From NCBI GenBank assembly GCA_951406725.2, contig OX597832.1:2294001-2358000 (forward strand): a DNA stretch of 64,000 nucleotides, in the 5' to 3' direction. The notes beneath the pieces are model-generated. The model was given only the letters and a program-made list of their open reading frames with translations. It did not search any database and had not been told where the DNA came from. This document shows positions 25,268 through 41,463 of the stretch, one piece after another. This DNA is from Octopus vulgaris. Lineage: Eukaryota. Both the position numbers and the translations under genes were made by a program. Position 1 is the stretch's first letter. Each line of letters opens with the position of its first letter.

Positions 25268-25620
25268 TAGGTGCAGGCATGGCTGTATAGTAAGAAACCT
25301 GGTTTTATATTCACTCCCACTGCATGACATCTTGGGCAAGTGTCTTCTATTATAGCCTTGTGAGTGGTTTAGGTAAATGGAAACTCAAAGAAGCCTATTC
25401 TCTGTGTGTGTCTTTATATTTATACCCCACCACCACTTGACAGCCTGTGTTGGTTTGTTTACAACGCCATAACTTAGCTGTTTAACAAAAAGACCAGTAG
25501 ACTGAGTACCAGCCTTAAAAATAAGTCCTGGGGTCAATTTGTTCAACTAAACCCTTTAAGGCAGTATCCCAGCATGGCTGCCATCCAATGACTGAAACAA
25601 GTAATAGATAAAAGAGAGAA
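25268..25620 (+). mobile_element. tRNA-derived SINE (same family at 29245-29655 and 40733-41130)
   Basis: Shared gtggctgtgtggtaagaag head, ttgggcaagtgtcttctactata core, and cccagcatggc...aatgactgaaacaag tail. Confidence 0.75.
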
Positions 25621-26178
25621 AAGTAATGGATGTACACACCCATAAATATAAATACATAAATGTCTAACCGTACCTACTTGCACAAACTTACATGTACATT
25701 TGAGAGAAAACCCGGATATACAAGCCATCAAATGTGGTAAGAGAGAAGATTGTGCTGGTACAGTCATGCACATGAATGAAGACAGCTGCATCAAGAAGTG
25801 CCAATCTCTAACCGGAAGGGGTAGACCCGGGAAGAAGTGAAAAAGGATCTTCACCCATTGGCCCTCACGGAGGGGATGATGGGACCAAGACTTCTGGTAG
25901 TTTGTCTTGCTTCAGAAAACCTGTCAAGCCAAATAAAATCATGGTTGTCTTTGCATACAGGTATGTCCCCTGAATCCCTCTTCAGCTGAGTGATCCTAAT
26001 GTGGGTGCTGGTGCCATGTAAAAGCACCCAGTATACTCTCTAAAGTGGTTGGTGTTAGAGAGTGCATATATCTCATCATCATGTAATGTCTGTTTTCTAT
26101 GCTGGCATGAGTTGGACAGTTTGACAGGAGCTGGGCTCCATAACTGTTTTGGTATGGTTACTACAGCTGGATGCCTTT

Positions 26179-26245
26179 CCTAATGCTTATTATATGGCCC
26201 CCAACCCTAATGCTTATTATATGGCCCCCAACCCTAATGCTTTTT
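26179..26245. repeat. 27-bp tandem repeat (~2.5 copies)
   Basis: cctaatgcttattatatggcccccaac repeated. Confidence 0.8.
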
Positions 26246-26444
26246 ACATAGCTTATGACTTACTTAAAACCTATTATGATGAAATACTAGTTAAACTAAA
26301 TTTTTATCTTTACCTTTTTAGATTTCTTTACTCAACATATTTATTTTATTCTATCATTTACTACAGTATATATTTCATCCCTATGTTATAATTCACTCTA
26401 ACCTGATAAAAATTTATAGTTTATTTATTTAATTATTTACTCCT

Positions 26445-27895
26445 AAAACTTTTCCCAGCTGGTTTGCACACTATGGCAACACGATTGTTATGTTTTCATT
26501 ATTCTGTGTAACATCCTTTCTTTTTTACTTCAGATTCTTCAGTTTTTTGGGTGAACCACACTAATAGCGTCTCTCTTCTCTAAGCACAATGGGACGTGGA
26601 AAAGGCCTTAATGATGAAAAGTCTGTGATCAAGGAAAGTGCTAAAAGTACCTCTCTTCATGTCAATGCGGAAAAATTGGGTCATCATGTAGACATGGTTA
26701 GACAATTCCTGAAGGACCCTTTACCAAAGAAGAAACAATCCGATTGTGGAACTTCCAAGACTGTGACAGCTTGGGATTTAAGGAATATTGACTGCAAGTT
26801 ACGTGGGAAACCTGGATAAACAAGCAAAGCCATTTTCACCACCTCCAGACTTCCTTGTGTATTGAAAACCACCAGAAATTGCATCCTCAGGACCATAACT
26901 TCCATACGAGAACCCCTGAAACTGCCTCCTTTAACGCCCCATCACAGGAGTTTGAGACTTCAATGGCCCCAAAAGTACATGATGTTAGACATGAGTTGTG
27001 TTCTGTTCACTGGCGAAACCAGGGTGACCCTGATGGATCTGACAGTTGGGCAAATGGTTGGGTCAGTTTTGGAGATGAGCGTCACCAATGTTTACAACAT
27101 CAACAACAGGGTGGAGTCATGTTTTGAGCTGGTATCATTGGGGACAGGCTTGTTGGCCCAGTCAGGGTGCCTGAAGGGGTTAAATTGACTGCAACCACCT
27201 ACTGCAATCTCCTGAAGGAGGTCTTGGATCCCTGGCTAGATGACAGCACTGTCACTTCTAAGGAATCTTGTATTCATGCATGACAATGCTCCCTCCCACT
27301 CTGTTAGGACCACCTAAACATTACGAAGGTCTTACAGCATACAAGGTAAAAGGTTGATGTTGTGGCCATCAGCATCTCCGCACCTCAGCCCTATGGAAAA
27401 ATCTTTGGTCCATCATTAAACAAGATGTTTATGCCGATGGACACCAATTTATATCGAAGGATGTCTTATTAGCAACCATCAAAGCTGCAGCAGAGGCAGT
27501 CCAACCTGCTACTGTTAAGGAATTGACAGATTCCATGACTAATAGGGTTTTTGAAGTTATCCATTGCAATGTTACTCATGTAACTAAATAATCCATTATG
27601 TCAATAGATGTTATAATATTATCATGGTTTCTTTAAAATATATACTCAATACTTGCTTAATATGTATCATTACCCTTCATTTTCTCAAAAACAAATGTCT
27701 AGATGTGCTACTAGCATGGTTCACCCAAAAACTGAAGATCTGAAATAAAAAAGAAAGGACATTAAACAGAATAATGAAAACATAATGATGGTGTTGCCAT
27801 AGTGTACAAACCAGCTGAGAAAAGTTTTATCAAAATTGATTCACAGAAAACTGAGAAATCTTAAATTTAACTCCTAAGCTATTAGCATGATTGTG
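26445..27895 (+). mobile_element. Tc1/mariner transposon with long (>130 bp) TIRs and a decayed transposase, DD38E/Intruder-like
   Basis: Inverted repeat 26445-26572 vs 27700-27828; transposase remnants VLFTGETRVTLDGSDSWANGW, QQGGVMF*AGIIG, FMHDNAPSH; stops and frameshifts; subfamily inferred from motif style. Confidence 0.85.
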
Positions 27896-27933
27896 TGTGT
27901 GTGAGTGAGTGAGAGAGAATGCGCGTGCATGTA

Positions 27934-29177
27934 CAGGAGTTGGACAAAATAATGGAAACACCTAACATCATGATTTTGAAATATCTATAAAACAGTCAAA
28001 AGCTTGTTTATTTTTATGTTTTTTGATTTATTAGTAGTGTTGCTTAATATGTTTTGCTAAAATTGCTGTTTCTTTTCAAATATCAGGAAAAGGTAATTAA
28101 AATCAGATTTTCAAAGCAGTCAAATTGTTGGTGCTCATATGGCAAGCACTAGTGTAACGAAAACAACCAAAATGTTTGGTGTATCAAGAAGTACTGTCTC
28201 GAAAGTAATGACAGCCTTTGAGAAAGAGGGAAAAAACCTCCTCGTCGAAACAAAACTCCAGAAGAAAACCAAAACTTTCAGATAAGGACCGTCGGACTCT
28301 TATGCGAATGGTTAGAAAGGATCATAAAAGTACAGCTCCCAAAATTACTGCAGAGCTTAATGACTACCTCGAGAACCCAGTTTCCACAAAAACTGTTTGC
28401 TGGAAGCTGCATGAAGCCGGATTTCATAGGAGAGCTGCAATCAGAAAACCATTGCTTTTAAAAACAAACGTTGCAAAGTATTTAGAGTGGAGTAAAAACC
28501 TACAGAATTGGTCCCTGGAGCAGTAGAAGAATGTTATTTTCTCAGACGAGTCATCCTTTACCTTATTTCCAACCACCGGCCAAGTATACGTGTGGTGACA
28601 GCCAAAAGAAGCATTTGACCCAGACTGCCCTCTTCCAACTGTTAAACATGGAGGAGGATCTGTGATGATGGGGAGGGTGTCTATATCTTGGAAATCCACT
28701 GGCCCAATGGTTTCCTTTCATGGTAAAATTAATAGTCAAGCCTATTTAAGCGTTTTATCTGATCAAATTCATCTTATGGTTACGGAACTGTTTCCTGAGG
28801 GAAATGCAATCTTTCAGGATGATATTGCACCAATTCACACAGCTAAAGTTGTTACTAAATGGTATGAGGAACATTCTAGTGAAGTTGAACATCTTATCTG
28901 GCCACCACAGTCCCCAGATCTCAACATTATTGAACATTTATGGTGCATTTTAGAAAAACAATTGAGGAGTTGATATCCTCCACCATCATCACTACAAGAA
29001 CTGGAGACTGTTTTAGCTGAAGAATAGACAAAAATTCCTTTGGAAACAATTCAAACTTTGTCGAGTCCATACCTCATAGAATTCAAGCTGTAATTACTGC
29101 CAAAGGCAGTCCTACTCCATATTAAAATAGATTTGTTTGAAATTTTAAGGTGTTTCCATTATTTTGTCCAACACCTG
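27934..29177 (+). mobile_element. Tc1-family transposon, DD36E (Incomer-like), full length but inactivated
   Basis: ~30-bp TIRs caggagttggacaaaataatggaaacacct / aggtgtttccattattttgtccaacacctg; left TA; IFSDESSF, VKHGGGSVM, FQDDIAPIH...SPDLNIIE with 36 residues between D and E; internal stops. Confidence 0.93.
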
Positions 29178-29403
29178 TGTGTGTGTGTATAACATACATA
29201 CACTCACATTTATCATAATTTCTCAAATGCATATATGTAAAACTAGAGGTGTGGCTGTATGGTTAAGACATTTGCTTCCCAACTACATGGTTTCAGGTTC
29301 ATTCTCGCTGCATGCCACCTTGAGCAAGTGTCTTCTACTATTGTGTAAGGCCAACCAAAGCCTTGTGACTGGAGTTGTTAGATGGAAACTGAAAAAAGCC
29401 TAT

Positions 29404-29442
<39 letters not shown>

Positions 29443-30029
29443 GTCTGTGTTTGTGCCCCACCACTGCTTGTCAACAGGTGTTGGTTTGTTTATGTCCCTA
29501 TAACTAAGCAGTTTGGCAAAAGAGCTGGATAGAATAAGTACCAGGTTAAAAATAAAAAAAAAACACTGGGGTCAATTCATTTGGCTGAAAACTCTTCAAG
29601 GTGGTGTCCCAGCATAACTGCATTCTAATGACTAAAACAAGTAAAAGATAAAAGGTAGGTATATATATATATATATAAAACAAAGTAAGTTAGGGGTTAT
29701 GGGTGCAACCCACTAAGGGATAGTATTTATCCAATATACTGTTGGTAAAGTACCCAAATTCTTAATACATAAATGTTTTTAATTGCAATGCAATTAACTT
29801 ATTTATTGTATTAAATGGGTGAAGGTAAAGAAATATTTTGCTATTAATTTATAATACAAATAAGAAAATGGAGAAACAATTTAGTTTGTTCATCAACTTT
29901 CGGATATTAGAATGTTGAATTATTTATTCATTTAACAAAATGAGAACCTTAAAAGCATACATATATATCTTATAATTCAATACATATAAGATAAGAATAC
30001 AAATTATAAAAATCATAATATAAATGATT

Positions 30030-30306
30030 GAAAGCACCATCCGTTCGTATCCGTTGCCAGCCTCGCCTGGCCCCCGTGCCGGTGACACGTAAAAGCACCA
30101 TCCGTTCATGGCCGTTTACCAGCTCTGTCTGGCACGTAAAAAGCACCCACTACACTCACGGAGTGGTTGGCGTTAGGAAGGGCATCCAGCTGTAGAAACA
30201 CTGCCAGATCTGACTGGGCCTGATGAAGCCTTCCGGCTTCACAGACCCCAGTTGAACCATCCAACCCATGCTAGCATGGAAAACAGACACTAAATGATGA
30301 TGATGA
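30030..30306 (+). mobile_element. SINE with (GAT)n tail (RTE-tail family: gtggttggcgttaggaagggcatccagc...acccatgctagcatgg)
   Basis: About 12 homologous copies in both orientations (e.g. 6050, 11330, 14550, 26005, 50570, 50790, 51660, 52400, 52800, 54590, 63385). Confidence 0.85.
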
Positions 30307-30413
30307 TATATATATATGTGTGTATGTATATATGTGTATATATATATGTATATATATATTTGTGTATATATACACAAAACATTTTTAAGGATTTATATAT
30401 ATACATACATATA

Positions 30414-30980
30414 CACTACTGTCAGAAATTAATTAGCACCCTTGATTTGCTCACCATGAAGCATGGTGGGGGTGGTCTGATGGTGTGAGGGGCGTTCAGC
30501 TACAGTGGTGTTGGGCGGCTCTATGCCGTCGAAGGCAACATCAACGCAGCAAAGTACGTTGAGATAGTACGGGATACCTCTTTGGTGGCGAGGAGTACGT
30601 GCTGGCCAGTCACCTGACCTGAACCCTATTGAGAACCTCTGGAGTCGATTGGGTAGGGATTTGAATGTGCAGCAATACAGGAACCGACACGAGCTGTTTG
30701 GGGCACTTCTTGCTGCATGAGGGGCCATCCCTGCACAGTACCTGCAGGCACTCATAGACAGCATGCCGACCCGCGTAGCAGCTGTCATTGCTGCCAAAGG
30801 AGGAGCAACAAGATATTGACTAAATTTCACGATTAATAACAATTATGTGGTGTGCTGGGATATGTTTTAATAAATTTTTGATTAAAAACGAGTTCGTTTC
30901 TGATAATAAGTTAATTAAATTAAGAAAATGTAAGAAAATGTAGAAATTTGAGAAGTGCTATTTAATTTCCGACGCAAGTG
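30414..30980 (+). mobile_element. Internally deleted Tc1-family transposon
   Basis: Imperfect TIRs cactactgtcagaaattaattagcac / cacttgcgtcggaaattaaatagcac with TA on both sides; KHGGGGLMV*GAFSYSGVG, QSPDLNPIENLW, IAAKGGATRY*. Confidence 0.88.
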
Positions 30981-31041
30981 TACATATCGTCTTTCAGGAG
31001 TAGTCAGTGCGCCATTTTTCCTTCTTTGATATTTTTCTTTT

Positions 31042-31656
31042 TCATTTTGTTCTCGTGGGAGGGATTTTTGTCTTGTGTCCATGCGGTTTTGGCATGGCTT
31101 CTGATGTGCAAAACGACAGTTTGCACCATCGTCGCCATGCCAGCAGTCTCCCTTCAGGTAGAATTTGCAGACGTTTCTGCTTTTGCCCTTGTAGCTCTTG
31201 CTGGGGTTCTTCTGTTTTTTTCTGAACAGTGTTTGTTTTAGTTTTCTTGTCTTTTACCTCTTTCTTTTTCATCGATTTTAGTGTGCTTTCCTTTTTTGCT
31301 GCCATCGCACCTCTTTGGTCTTCAGTTGTGTTGGGAGCTGGACATGTACCATTGTTTCCCTTGGTTGCAGGTCTCTCAGTTGTGTCTTTTGTTGGGTCCT
31401 GGATGCTTTCTCCATCCTGTTGGTCTTCCCTGGTGCAGTCACCTCCTAGGATGATGTCCAGAGTGCCCATGTGTTGCCTGATTAGAGCATATGAACGGAG
31501 GAATTCTCGTTTCTTTCGCTCTATCTGGGTGGTGGTCCTGGAGAAATCATTGCTCTTAAGCGCCACAGCAATAAAATTGTTTGGGGAGTCACCTTCAGCA
31601 ATCTTCCAGGCACGGACAAACAATTGCAACTCCCTTGCAGACCAGTTCCTTGACAT
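31042..31656 (-). CDS. Myb/SANT-like (trihelix) domain protein with basic low-complexity tail, ~204 aa
   Basis: SRNWSARELQLFVRAW...IAVALKSNDFSRTTTQIERKKREFLRSY fits the trihelix pattern; pyrimidine tract plus AG just before the ATG; upstream donor AAG|gtaag at 32316/32315. Confidence 0.55.
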   Translation of the reverse strand: MSRNWSARELQLFVRAWKIAEGDSPNNFIAVALKSNDFSRTTTQIERKKREFLRSYALIRQHMGTLDIILGGDCTREDQQDGESIQDPTKDTTERPATKGNNGTCPAPNTTEDQRGAMAAKKESTLKSMKKKEVKDKKTKTNTVQKKTEEPQQELQGQKQKRLQILPEGRLLAWRRWCKLSFCTSEAMPKPHGHKTKIPPTRTK

Positions 31657-31679
31657 CTTCACTTGAGATACAGTGAGAT

Positions 31680-32235
31680 TGAAATAGAGGAACAGAGAGA
31701 GGAGGAAAGATAAGGGGATTGAGCTGAGATGAGAGAGAAAGAATGGCAGATCAGCAGGGGGAGAGAGAGGGGGATAGAGGTGTGGTAGAGAGAAAGAAGT
31801 AAAGGGACAGAGAGGAAAAGAAAGACAAGGGGATGGACCTTAGAAAGAGCAGGGAGAGGAAAGGCAGAGAGAAAAGGGGGAGAGGGAGCGAGAGTGCGGG
31901 ATAGAGGTACAAGAGAGTGAAGTAAAGGGACAGAGAGCGTGGTGTAGAGACAGAAGGGGGGAAAAGAGAGACAAGGGGGTTGACCTGAGAAGGGAGGGGG
32001 AGGATAGAGATACGGGAGAGAGTGAGTGAAGTAGAGGGACATAGAGGCAGTGAGAGAGAGAGTGCGGGATAGAGATACAAAAGAGAGTGGGTGAAGTAGA
32101 GGGACAGAGAGGTGGGGGGAGATGCGAGAAAGTTGATCTGAGTGAGAGCGGGGTGGGGAGAGATGCAGAAAGAGAAAGCGAATGCAAGTTCAGCAGATGA
32201 TGGCAGAGAGAGGGAGAGAAGAGAGCGGAATAGAG
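31680..32235. repeat. Polypurine (GA-rich) tract with degenerate internal repeats
   Basis: Strong A/G bias; recurring gagagtgcgggatagag...gtgaagtaaagggacagagag units. Confidence 0.8.
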
Positions 32236-32766
32236 GGTCTGAGGGATATGGATATATTGGTGTTACAGAGTATACAATAGACTATTATTAATAATAAATA
32301 ATTTTTTTTTCTTACCTTCTGGTTGAGAGAATATTTATCTTCACTTTGTTTAGAAGAAAGAAAGATATAAAAGACAGACCTTTGATGTTCCCGTATTCAA
32401 TATCTTACTTGCGTTTTGTAAACAAAAGAATAGATTTCCGATGTTCATAGATGCAATATTTTATGGTTTGTTTTTATGTTTTGATCAGCTTGCGAATTTA
32501 ATATTTGAGCAATCTGATATCAGGACGTAGCTTTTCAGAGGTTTTCGACACGTGGCTTCAGCACATGTGTTCGGTTCTTCGCGTGGTACACTTTAGTTGC
32601 ATATACTACATCAAAAGCAAAAATATTCTTCTCAAATACAGTGTCTTGTCGCACTTTCAATTATATTTGCTTCACAGACAAAATTCACTTCTGATAACAT
32701 CGATCTCTTGGAGGTTCTACTAAACTTTCGGAGAAATATATTTACACGACTTGCTAGTTCGCCACC

Positions 32767-36420
<3,654 letters not shown>

Positions 36421-36519
36421 AACGGGAAGCTTTATGAAAATAGACAAAAGACGAAGGCAGGTGGAATACAAACAAACAATTGTATTAGTATGGCACTCAG
36501 GAAATATAAATAAAACAAG

Positions 36520-36557
36520 TCTTTAACGTTTCGAGCCTATGCTCTTCAACAGAAAGA
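36520..36557 (-). ncRNA. Minimal type-I hammerhead ribozyme motif (CUGUUGA core variant) in a Penelope-type repeat
   Basis: Minus strand UCUUU-CUGUUGA-A-GAGC(AUAG)GCUC-GAAAC-GUU-AAAGA; stems I and II pair; palindromic stem III. Confidence 0.6.
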
Positions 36558-36788
36558 TACAAAGAAAGAAGGAGAGAAAAAAAATGCATGCAGAGGCTAG
36601 CGAATCAACATGGCAATCTGATTTCGGCCAGAAGTCAAAGATCAAACGTGAGACGCAAGAGCGAAATTAGGGGAGATAATAGGGTTAAATGACCTCGCTC
36701 CAACATAAGAGTGTGTGTGTGTATGAGAGTGTTAGTGCGTATGAGAGGTCTGGACGTGTGTATGTATATATGATGTGATGTGTAAAGT

Positions 36789-36888
36789 NNNNNNNNNNNN
36801 NNNNNNNNNNNNNNNNNNNNNNNNNNNNNNNNNNNNNNNNNNNNNNNNNNNNNNNNNNNNNNNNNNNNNNNNNNNNNNNNNNNNNNNN
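36789..36888. other. Assembly gap (100 N)
   Basis: Run of N. Confidence 1.
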
Positions 36889-37794
36889 CCCTAAAATACC
36901 TATTTGGCTGCAAGAAATAGCAGCCAAATCTTTCCTTTTCTGGGGAAAGGAACCGTTTATGTATGATTTCAATATCACATTTGTTGAAAGCATGTGAAAT
37001 AACTTGGAAAAAAACCCTCACAAAACAAAACTCCATTGCTGTGAAACTCAGAGTTTCCCAGTAACCCAATGCATCATGGGTAGTCTAATTTTCCATTACA
37101 TTTCAGACAGATTCAGTGCTGAGTTGCTGAAACCAAAATATCATTATTGCAAATATTCTGTTCAATACCACAGATTTGCTTGTTAGTTGCTTGACCTTCA
37201 CCACTTGAGCATATCCCCTAGTGGCTGACAATATGTGCATCTCTGATCATGAGCAAGAATAGTGGGGGACCATTGTAGTCATATATTGAGAGGGATTCTT
37301 TGGGGCTTGAATAAATGTAACAAAAGCAAAGTTTGAAGGAAATATTAGCCATTTTTCATACTTTCTTGGGGTAAACACATAGGAAATAACAGTTGCTACC
37401 CAAGGACAAAAATCACGTTACACAGTGCTATCTTTAGGATATGCTAAATCCTTAATAGTCTGATATTTATTATCAAACACATCAACATTCAGCTTAATCT
37501 ATACAATCATATATCCTATCAGACTAATGAATCCTTTCTATAAAATATATTAATCAGTTTGATAAATTATTATCAAATAACTTGGGCAACTGATCAATCC
37601 TTACAATGAAACTGTTATCTGGAAAATAAGGAATAATTTTTGCAATCCTTTCTACAGAATTTTGATTTTGTATGGATGAGGTTATTGGGTAATGGATTAA
37701 CAACCAAGAATTCAGCATTTCATATACTGTCAATGTTATTACATTGTGGCTGTGCCTAAGACAATCTTAAATGGACCAGTACAACAAATTGCCA

Positions 37795-38019
37795 CTGTGG
37801 TTCTCAACCACTTTTTACCTATGGACCCTTTTGGGGTTCCTATTTTACTAAGGGTCAGTATCTAAAAACTTTTATTAAATTTTTATGATTAAATATTACA
37901 AATTGTATAAATATTGTTTAAATATTTTGTGTATTGTAAGTTTACTACAAATAAATTTTAACAACAAAATTTTATATGAATCCCCCAAGGGTCATATGGA
38001 CCCCAGCTGAGAATCACTG
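37795..38019. mobile_element. hAT/Charlie-like MITE (~225 bp)
   Basis: Ends ctgtggttctcaacc / gctgagaatcactg resemble the CAGTGGTTCTCAAC TIR; subterminal atggaccc repeats. Confidence 0.6.
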
Positions 38020-39000
38020 ACCTACAGAATAGAAACAGCTGTCTTCTGTAAGAAGTTGTAGCATGGTAATACTGAAAACTGTTTCATGCTAAGTTTATTA
38101 TGGTGTCTGTTCTGGGGGAAATTTGTTTCTGGCTATTCTATTTGCTTATTCTATTAGTTTAATTACTTCATTTCAGTTTTATTTGGTGAACTTCTCCTTG
38201 CTATGTTCCACTATGCAGTACATTTTCATCCAGCATGCATCACCATTTTCCTAGCAAATCCTTCTTCCTCTAATGATTTCATTTCCTCCTCCTCTTCTTT
38301 TCTACCTCTCTCTCTCTCTCTCCTCTTTTTTTACCACTCTTACATTCTCCCATTCTCAATTTTCTATACTTCTTTCTTCTTGGTTAAATTGCTCACTATA
38401 CTTAAATACCTCTAAAATTAACTGGTAAATGTAGACTCTTTGATAAGTTGATTAAAGATTCGGGTACTCATAATTACATTTTGAAAATTCAATCTCTAAA
38501 CAGAAATCTTGATTGACATTTGTCTAAAGAATGGAGATCATCAAATCCAAGATATTTATTGTGATAAAAACAGTCCAAACCACTGCTTTCCAGCAGTGCA
38601 AAATAATTATACAATAAACATTTCAAAACTAAGACTCATACTTTTTATTTCATCAAACTGGTATTTTTCAGGGACAGTTCAAATCTTGCTTAATATTTCA
38701 AATTGTTCTGAATAAAACAATTAAGTCAGAGAAAACTACTGATGATCTGCATTGACAAACATAAGTTCAATCATGCTCACAAAATAAGCTTCTTTTACCA
38801 TGAGAAGAGAATGTTAATGTTTTAGATTAAGATGACAGAAGACTTTGCATGAAACATCAGAATTCTATTCTCTTCACAGCGCATAACTATTTTCATTTTT
38901 TTAACAAAATAATCTGACCATATTTGTGGAAATGTTATAAAAATATTAAACATACCAAGAAGATGTATTCATACTGATATACCATCTAACTTGCTTGTCT

Positions 39001-39076
39001 TCAAACATCTAAAAAACCATCAGCATCTTTATCATTGTCTTTTTCTCCATCATAAAACTCATTGACTGGTTCAATT
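39001..39076 (-). CDS. HDAC3: Histone deacetylase 3, last coding exon (IEPVNEFYDGEKDNDKDADGFLDV*)
   Basis: tttcag| acceptor, phase 2; NEFYDGxxDNDK matches the HDAC3 C-terminus. Confidence 0.93.
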
Positions 39077-41302
39077 CTGAAATAAATCAAAATTATTGTG
39101 TATATTTAATATTGCTAGAAATATATCATCTCAGAAATCTAAACATGATATAGGGTCATAAAGAAGAGTAGTGTAGTAGGGTGAGGTTATTACATTAATT
39201 AGATTGGATTGTTAGAATCTTTTCAAAAGACAAATGCCAGAAAAATCCAAGTTCGTGAACAGATCCAACACTAATTATCTGGACACACCCAATCCAAACC
39301 AGCTAACAAAGATGATATTTAAATAAAGAAGAGAAGCAAATATAATTTACATTCCAGTCATACCAAAAAAATAAAAAGAATAATAAATATTGTAATAATA
39401 CTAATGGATTTACATTACCTTCTTCACTGAATGTATTTTGTTATCTAAATGATGAAATAGCTCAGACATACCCACATGAATCAAAATACTGATGTAATTT
39501 GTGTTACTAAGTTAGTGTTACATGTGATTTCATTAGATAAACACTTGTATGCCATTCAACATTATCACAGAACGAATTTTGTCCTCTCGGAATTTTTTTC
39601 CCTCATTTCTATAATATTCTACTCTTTTTAAAAATTATAAAAAATTATCAAATGTTAGAGTTAGTAATAACAACTTTGAATTTCAACAATTTTCAAAAGC
39701 AGCAAATGAAAAAAGCTACAAGCATGACCATATTGCAGACTCTGAACCAGAATTTTTCCATTTCCAACAGTGCAAACAACTCCAACAACTATAATGGAAA
39801 CAATGATATCCAGAAAGAGAATGGCGTGAAAACTTTTAAAATGAATCCCTGCACTGGTGGTATTGACCAAGCTGCCTAACCTCTGGTGATGGCATATCTC
39901 TCTCTACACAAGGGGACTCCACTGTGCAGTCTGATGGTGACCTGACCCCGCTCTGCATGGACAATGCCTTGGCCTTGATCTCCTGTCTCAGGTAGTCGTA
40001 GTGAATTATCATCAAGATCCGAAAGGCTGCTCATGCTTTTGTAGCCTAGTCTATTGCAAGTCAACCGCTCCCTTCCTGTCCCCTTTCACTTTCTGTCCAT
40101 ACTTGACCAAAATCTTCTAGAAAATCAGTGGATTTCTTTGAAAATTTAGGAATTGCATTCATGAAAAAAAAAGCTGTAGGCTAATCTTGGTGGCCTTGGA
40201 GTTATCTAGCAATCATCGTTACCAGATGATCTTAAGCAACAATCATCATTACCAGATTCTTACTGATTCCACAGTCACATGGAAGTTTACTCTTACTACT
40301 TGGCTTACCACTTGAACACACACCAAACACCTGGAAGCAAAGTTTGGTGGCACTTATACCTACATATTACAGGCAGTTCAGCTTATTCTTCAGTAAAACA
40401 CCTAACCAAACAAAGACTATGCAATCATTTTTCAATAACTGATGTCATTAGACAGAGAGCAAGAAAGAGGTATGCAATACAACAGTATTGGGGAGTTAGA
40501 TAAGAACTCATCAGTGACACCAACTTATGGATACCCTGACATCGATATATTCAGGTTAGTTGTCCAATAAAAACCTTCACTGACAAGATGTTAACTTCTG
40601 ATTTCCCAAATATTATGTGAGATCATGACAGCTGGTGTGACTGAGTCAGGCAAATCCAAGCAAGTTCAAACAGATGAAAGTAGTTTCAAATATAATAGAT
40701 TTATATTAGATCTTTTTATAAACTTTTTAGATACAGTTGTGGCTGTGTGGTAAGAAGCTTGCTTCCCAACCACATGGTTCCAGGTTTAGTCCCACTGTGA
40801 GGTTCCTTGGGCAAGTATCTTCTACTATACCCTCAGACAGACCAAAGCCTTGTGAGTGGATTTCGTAAACAGAGACTGAAAGGAGCCTGTCATATGTATA
40901 TATATGCACATGTGTTTGTGTCTTTGTCCCCTATCACTGCTTGACAATGGGTATTGGTTTGTCTACATCCCTGCAACTTAGCAGTTCGCTAATGAAAAGG
41001 AACAGAATAAATACCAGGCTTTGAAATAAAAGTACTAGGTGTCAATTCATCCCACCACTAAAAATTCTTCAAAGCAGTGGCCCAGCATAGTCACAGTCTA
41101 ATGACTTTAACAGGTATAAGGTATAAAGCTGTTTTCTAAACATCCTCTTTAATATATTATTAAATATAATTGTAGTTGTTTTATGAAACATGTCTAATTC
41201 ATGATTACTTCAGGATTATATTGAAACATATTTGTTAAAATATATTCTAACAAAATGTTAAGAAAAATTTTATAAGCAAAATATTTTTCAAGAGGTCTGT
41301 AC

Positions 41303-41463
41303 CGTCGATCTATTTCTTCTTGATGATTTCGGACATCAGGATCCAATTCAGTCTTCAGATCAAATCCTACAAAATCTGGGCCAACATCTTGCATTTGAAC
41401 ACTTGGAGCATGAGCCACATTCTTTAAATTATCATTCACTGTCATTCGAATGTTATCTAAATA
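41303..41463 (-). CDS. HDAC3: Histone deacetylase 3 exon (YLDNIRMTVNDNLKNVAHAPSVQMQDV...EEIDR)
   Basis: ttttag| acceptor and CG|gtacag donor; HAPSVQ class I HDAC motif; phase 0/2. Confidence 0.95.

Noticed and set aside
31659-32187. Leu/Ser/Pro-rich minus-strand ORFs
   Set aside because: Artefacts of the CT-rich tract, which is the probable intron of the trihelix ORF.
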